Shown here: positions 62,320-64,000 of the stretch, in pieces
Numbering within the stretch: position 1 is the stretch's first letter
Layout: the number at the start of each line of letters is the position of its first letter
Source of the DNA: Octopus bimaculoides
Lineage: Eukaryota
Direction: 5' to 3'
NCBI RefSeq assembly: GCF_001194135.2
Contig: NC_068983.1
Location: 109,225,781-109,289,780, forward strand
DNA length: 64,000 nucleotides
Translations under genes and position numbers: made by a program
The notes under the pieces: generated by a model
Seen by the model: only the letters and a program-made list of their open reading frames with translations
Told to the model about the DNA's origin: nothing
The model's database searches: none

Positions 62320-63131
62320 GGTGATTGACCATAAATCAAATAGAATCTACTGTGAGAGAGTTGAGAATATTCTGCACAATAAACTTGGCATGATAAAGGT
62401 TTCTGCTTGGTTGATGCTGTGTATTCTGACACCTGAACAAAAGCACACCGTGCTGATCACATCACAGGAAATTATGACATTATTTGAGGCGAATCCAGTT
62501 GGTTTCCTTCAATGTTTTCTAACTCCGGATGAGTGTTATGCTCATCACTTTAGGCAAGAGACACAGAGACAATCCATGCAGTGGAAACATGCCTCCTCAC
62601 CTGCTCCATGGACGGCCAACCTCGTTTCATCTGCAGGGAAGGTGATGGGATACAAAAGGCATTATGTTTATCAATTCTCCTCAAAAATACAATACCATCA
62701 ATGTAGCGTACTATGACAACTTGTTGAGGCAGTTATGAAAGTATATCGAGAGCAAACACCCATCAAGCCAACAAATGAGGTTTTGTTTTATCAAGACAAT
62801 GCTCCAGCACACAATTCCTTGCTTTCAAAGGCTGCTGTACATGACTGTGGCTTTGAACTGGTTGATCACCCTCCCTATTCTATTGATTTGGTGCCATCTG
62901 ACTATCATCTGTTCTGGAACATGAAAAACACTTTGCTGGGAACCAGTGTTATAGTGATGAGTTGTTTGATTAACAGGATGAAAGCCTTTTCTTCAATGGG
63001 ATTTAAGCACTGCAACACTGATGAAAGTAGTGTGTGGATTGCAAGGGGGACTATCTTGAAAAATAAACCTCATTTGGTTACATTCCATGTTAGTATTTTG
63101 GTCAGCCTATGAACTTTTCAGTAGACACTTG
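62320..63131 (+). mobile_element. Mariner remnant, irritans-like subfamily, with right TIR and TA
   Basis: RVENILHNKLGMIKVSAW..LTPEQK..LTPDECYAHHF..QSMQWKH..SSAGKVM; LFYQDNAPAH..DHPPYSIDLVPSDYHLF; right end GGTCAGCCTATGAACTTTTCAGTAGACACTTG|TA. Confidence 0.93.
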
Positions 63132-63289
63132 TATATATGCATATTCACATACACAAATGCACATACATGCATACACACATACATTCCTACATGCATGCAT
63201 GATAAAATGGTTATCTGTGCCAATAACAAAAGTAATATTGCTAGTGACATAATAGTTACAGAAAAATCAATGGCATATGAAATAACCAT

Positions 63290-63345
<56 letters not shown>

Positions 63346-63381
63346 TAATAATGAATGAATGAATGAATGAATGAATGAATG
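63290..63381. repeat. Compound microsatellite (TAA)n-(TGAA)n
   Basis: Seen directly. Confidence 0.97.
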
Positions 63382-63415
63382 AAATTTTCCAACAATGCAG
63401 AGATAGAAGTTGGAA

Positions 63416-63460
63416 AGCCTTTATATATTTTGGGTGCAAAGGCCCATCTTCAGATGGGCT
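63416..63460 (-). ncRNA. Degenerate minimal hammerhead-like motif (Penelope-type)
   Basis: Minus strand AGCCCAT-CTGAAGA-TGGGCCTTTGCACCC-AAAA-TATAT-A-AAGGCT. Confidence 0.35.
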
Positions 63461-63509
63461 GGAATGTAAGTAGATATTATATATATATAATGATAATAAT
63501 AATAGTTTC

Positions 63510-63696
63510 AAATTTTAATACAAAGCCAGATGTTTCCGAGGAAAATAGGGAAGTCAATTACATTAGCCCCACCTCTTCACTGGTACTTATTTTTATTCAC
63601 CCCATAAGGATGAAAGGCAAAGTTAACTTGGGGGGAATTTGAACTTAGCACATAAAGATGAACAAAATGCCATGAGAATTTTGTCAACTCACTGCC
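63510..63696 (-). mobile_element. SINE family B, degenerate
   Basis: CTGGTACTTATTTT..GGATGAAAGGCAAAGTT..GAATTTGAACTTAG. Confidence 0.8.
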
Positions 63697-63749
63697 TTAA
63701 TAATAATAATAATAATAATAATAATAGTAATAATAATGATGATAATAAT

Positions 63750-64000
63750 TTGGGTTTAGGTGGCTGTGTGAAAAGCTTTCATCACATCTCTATAACCCTC
63801 TCTAGTCTATTTTATGCGTTTTGCTTTAGTGGGTGTTTTTGGTGGTATCACTACAGGTCTAGGGCTATCCTGGTTCTGCTTACTTGGTAGTTCCTGTTTT
63901 TGAGAGTTTGTTCCAACAGTAGACTTTTCAATCTCAGTCTGGTTCCCCATTGGGTAATATGGTCCATGACGAAGAGTTAGTAGGGCTGTTAACAACTGTA
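63750..64000 (-). mobile_element. Probable R4/Dong-like N-terminal fragment next to (TAA)n
   Basis: Minus strand KAKRIK*TREGYRDVMKAF resembles the N-terminal KW(T)RE..EVM..Y motif of R4-type ORFs. Confidence 0.45.

Overview
AT-rich eukaryotic genomic DNA from a draft scaffold with four N-gaps. It is dense in microsatellites and decayed transposable elements. The SINE, RTE and mariner repertoire resembles an octopod cephalopod genome as I recall it (inference, not checked). There is no intact protein-coding ORF, rRNA, functional tRNA or CRISPR array. Most entries in the ORF track are microsatellite or gap artefacts, or pieces of dead transposons. Supported features: a processed RPL4 pseudogene; a deleted piggyBac with TTAA ends; an internally deleted Merlin transposon with 33-bp TIRs and a perfect 8-bp TSD; three mariner remnants from two subfamilies; Hero-, R4/Dong-, RTE- and CR1-like LINE fragments; a Penelope-like 3' end; three tRNA-derived SINE families (labelled A, B, C here); a TTAA MITE; and a minisatellite. 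Two short, open, well-spliced minus-strand candidate exons hint at a large, possibly ankyrin-repeat, host gene. I found no clearly new biological system. The best leads are (1) a hammerhead-ribozyme-like motif whose predicted cleavage site coincides with the 3' junction of a Hero+Penelope insert that splits a SINE, (2) the Merlin element, and (3) an 18-nt locally templated insertion in the RPL4 retrocopy.
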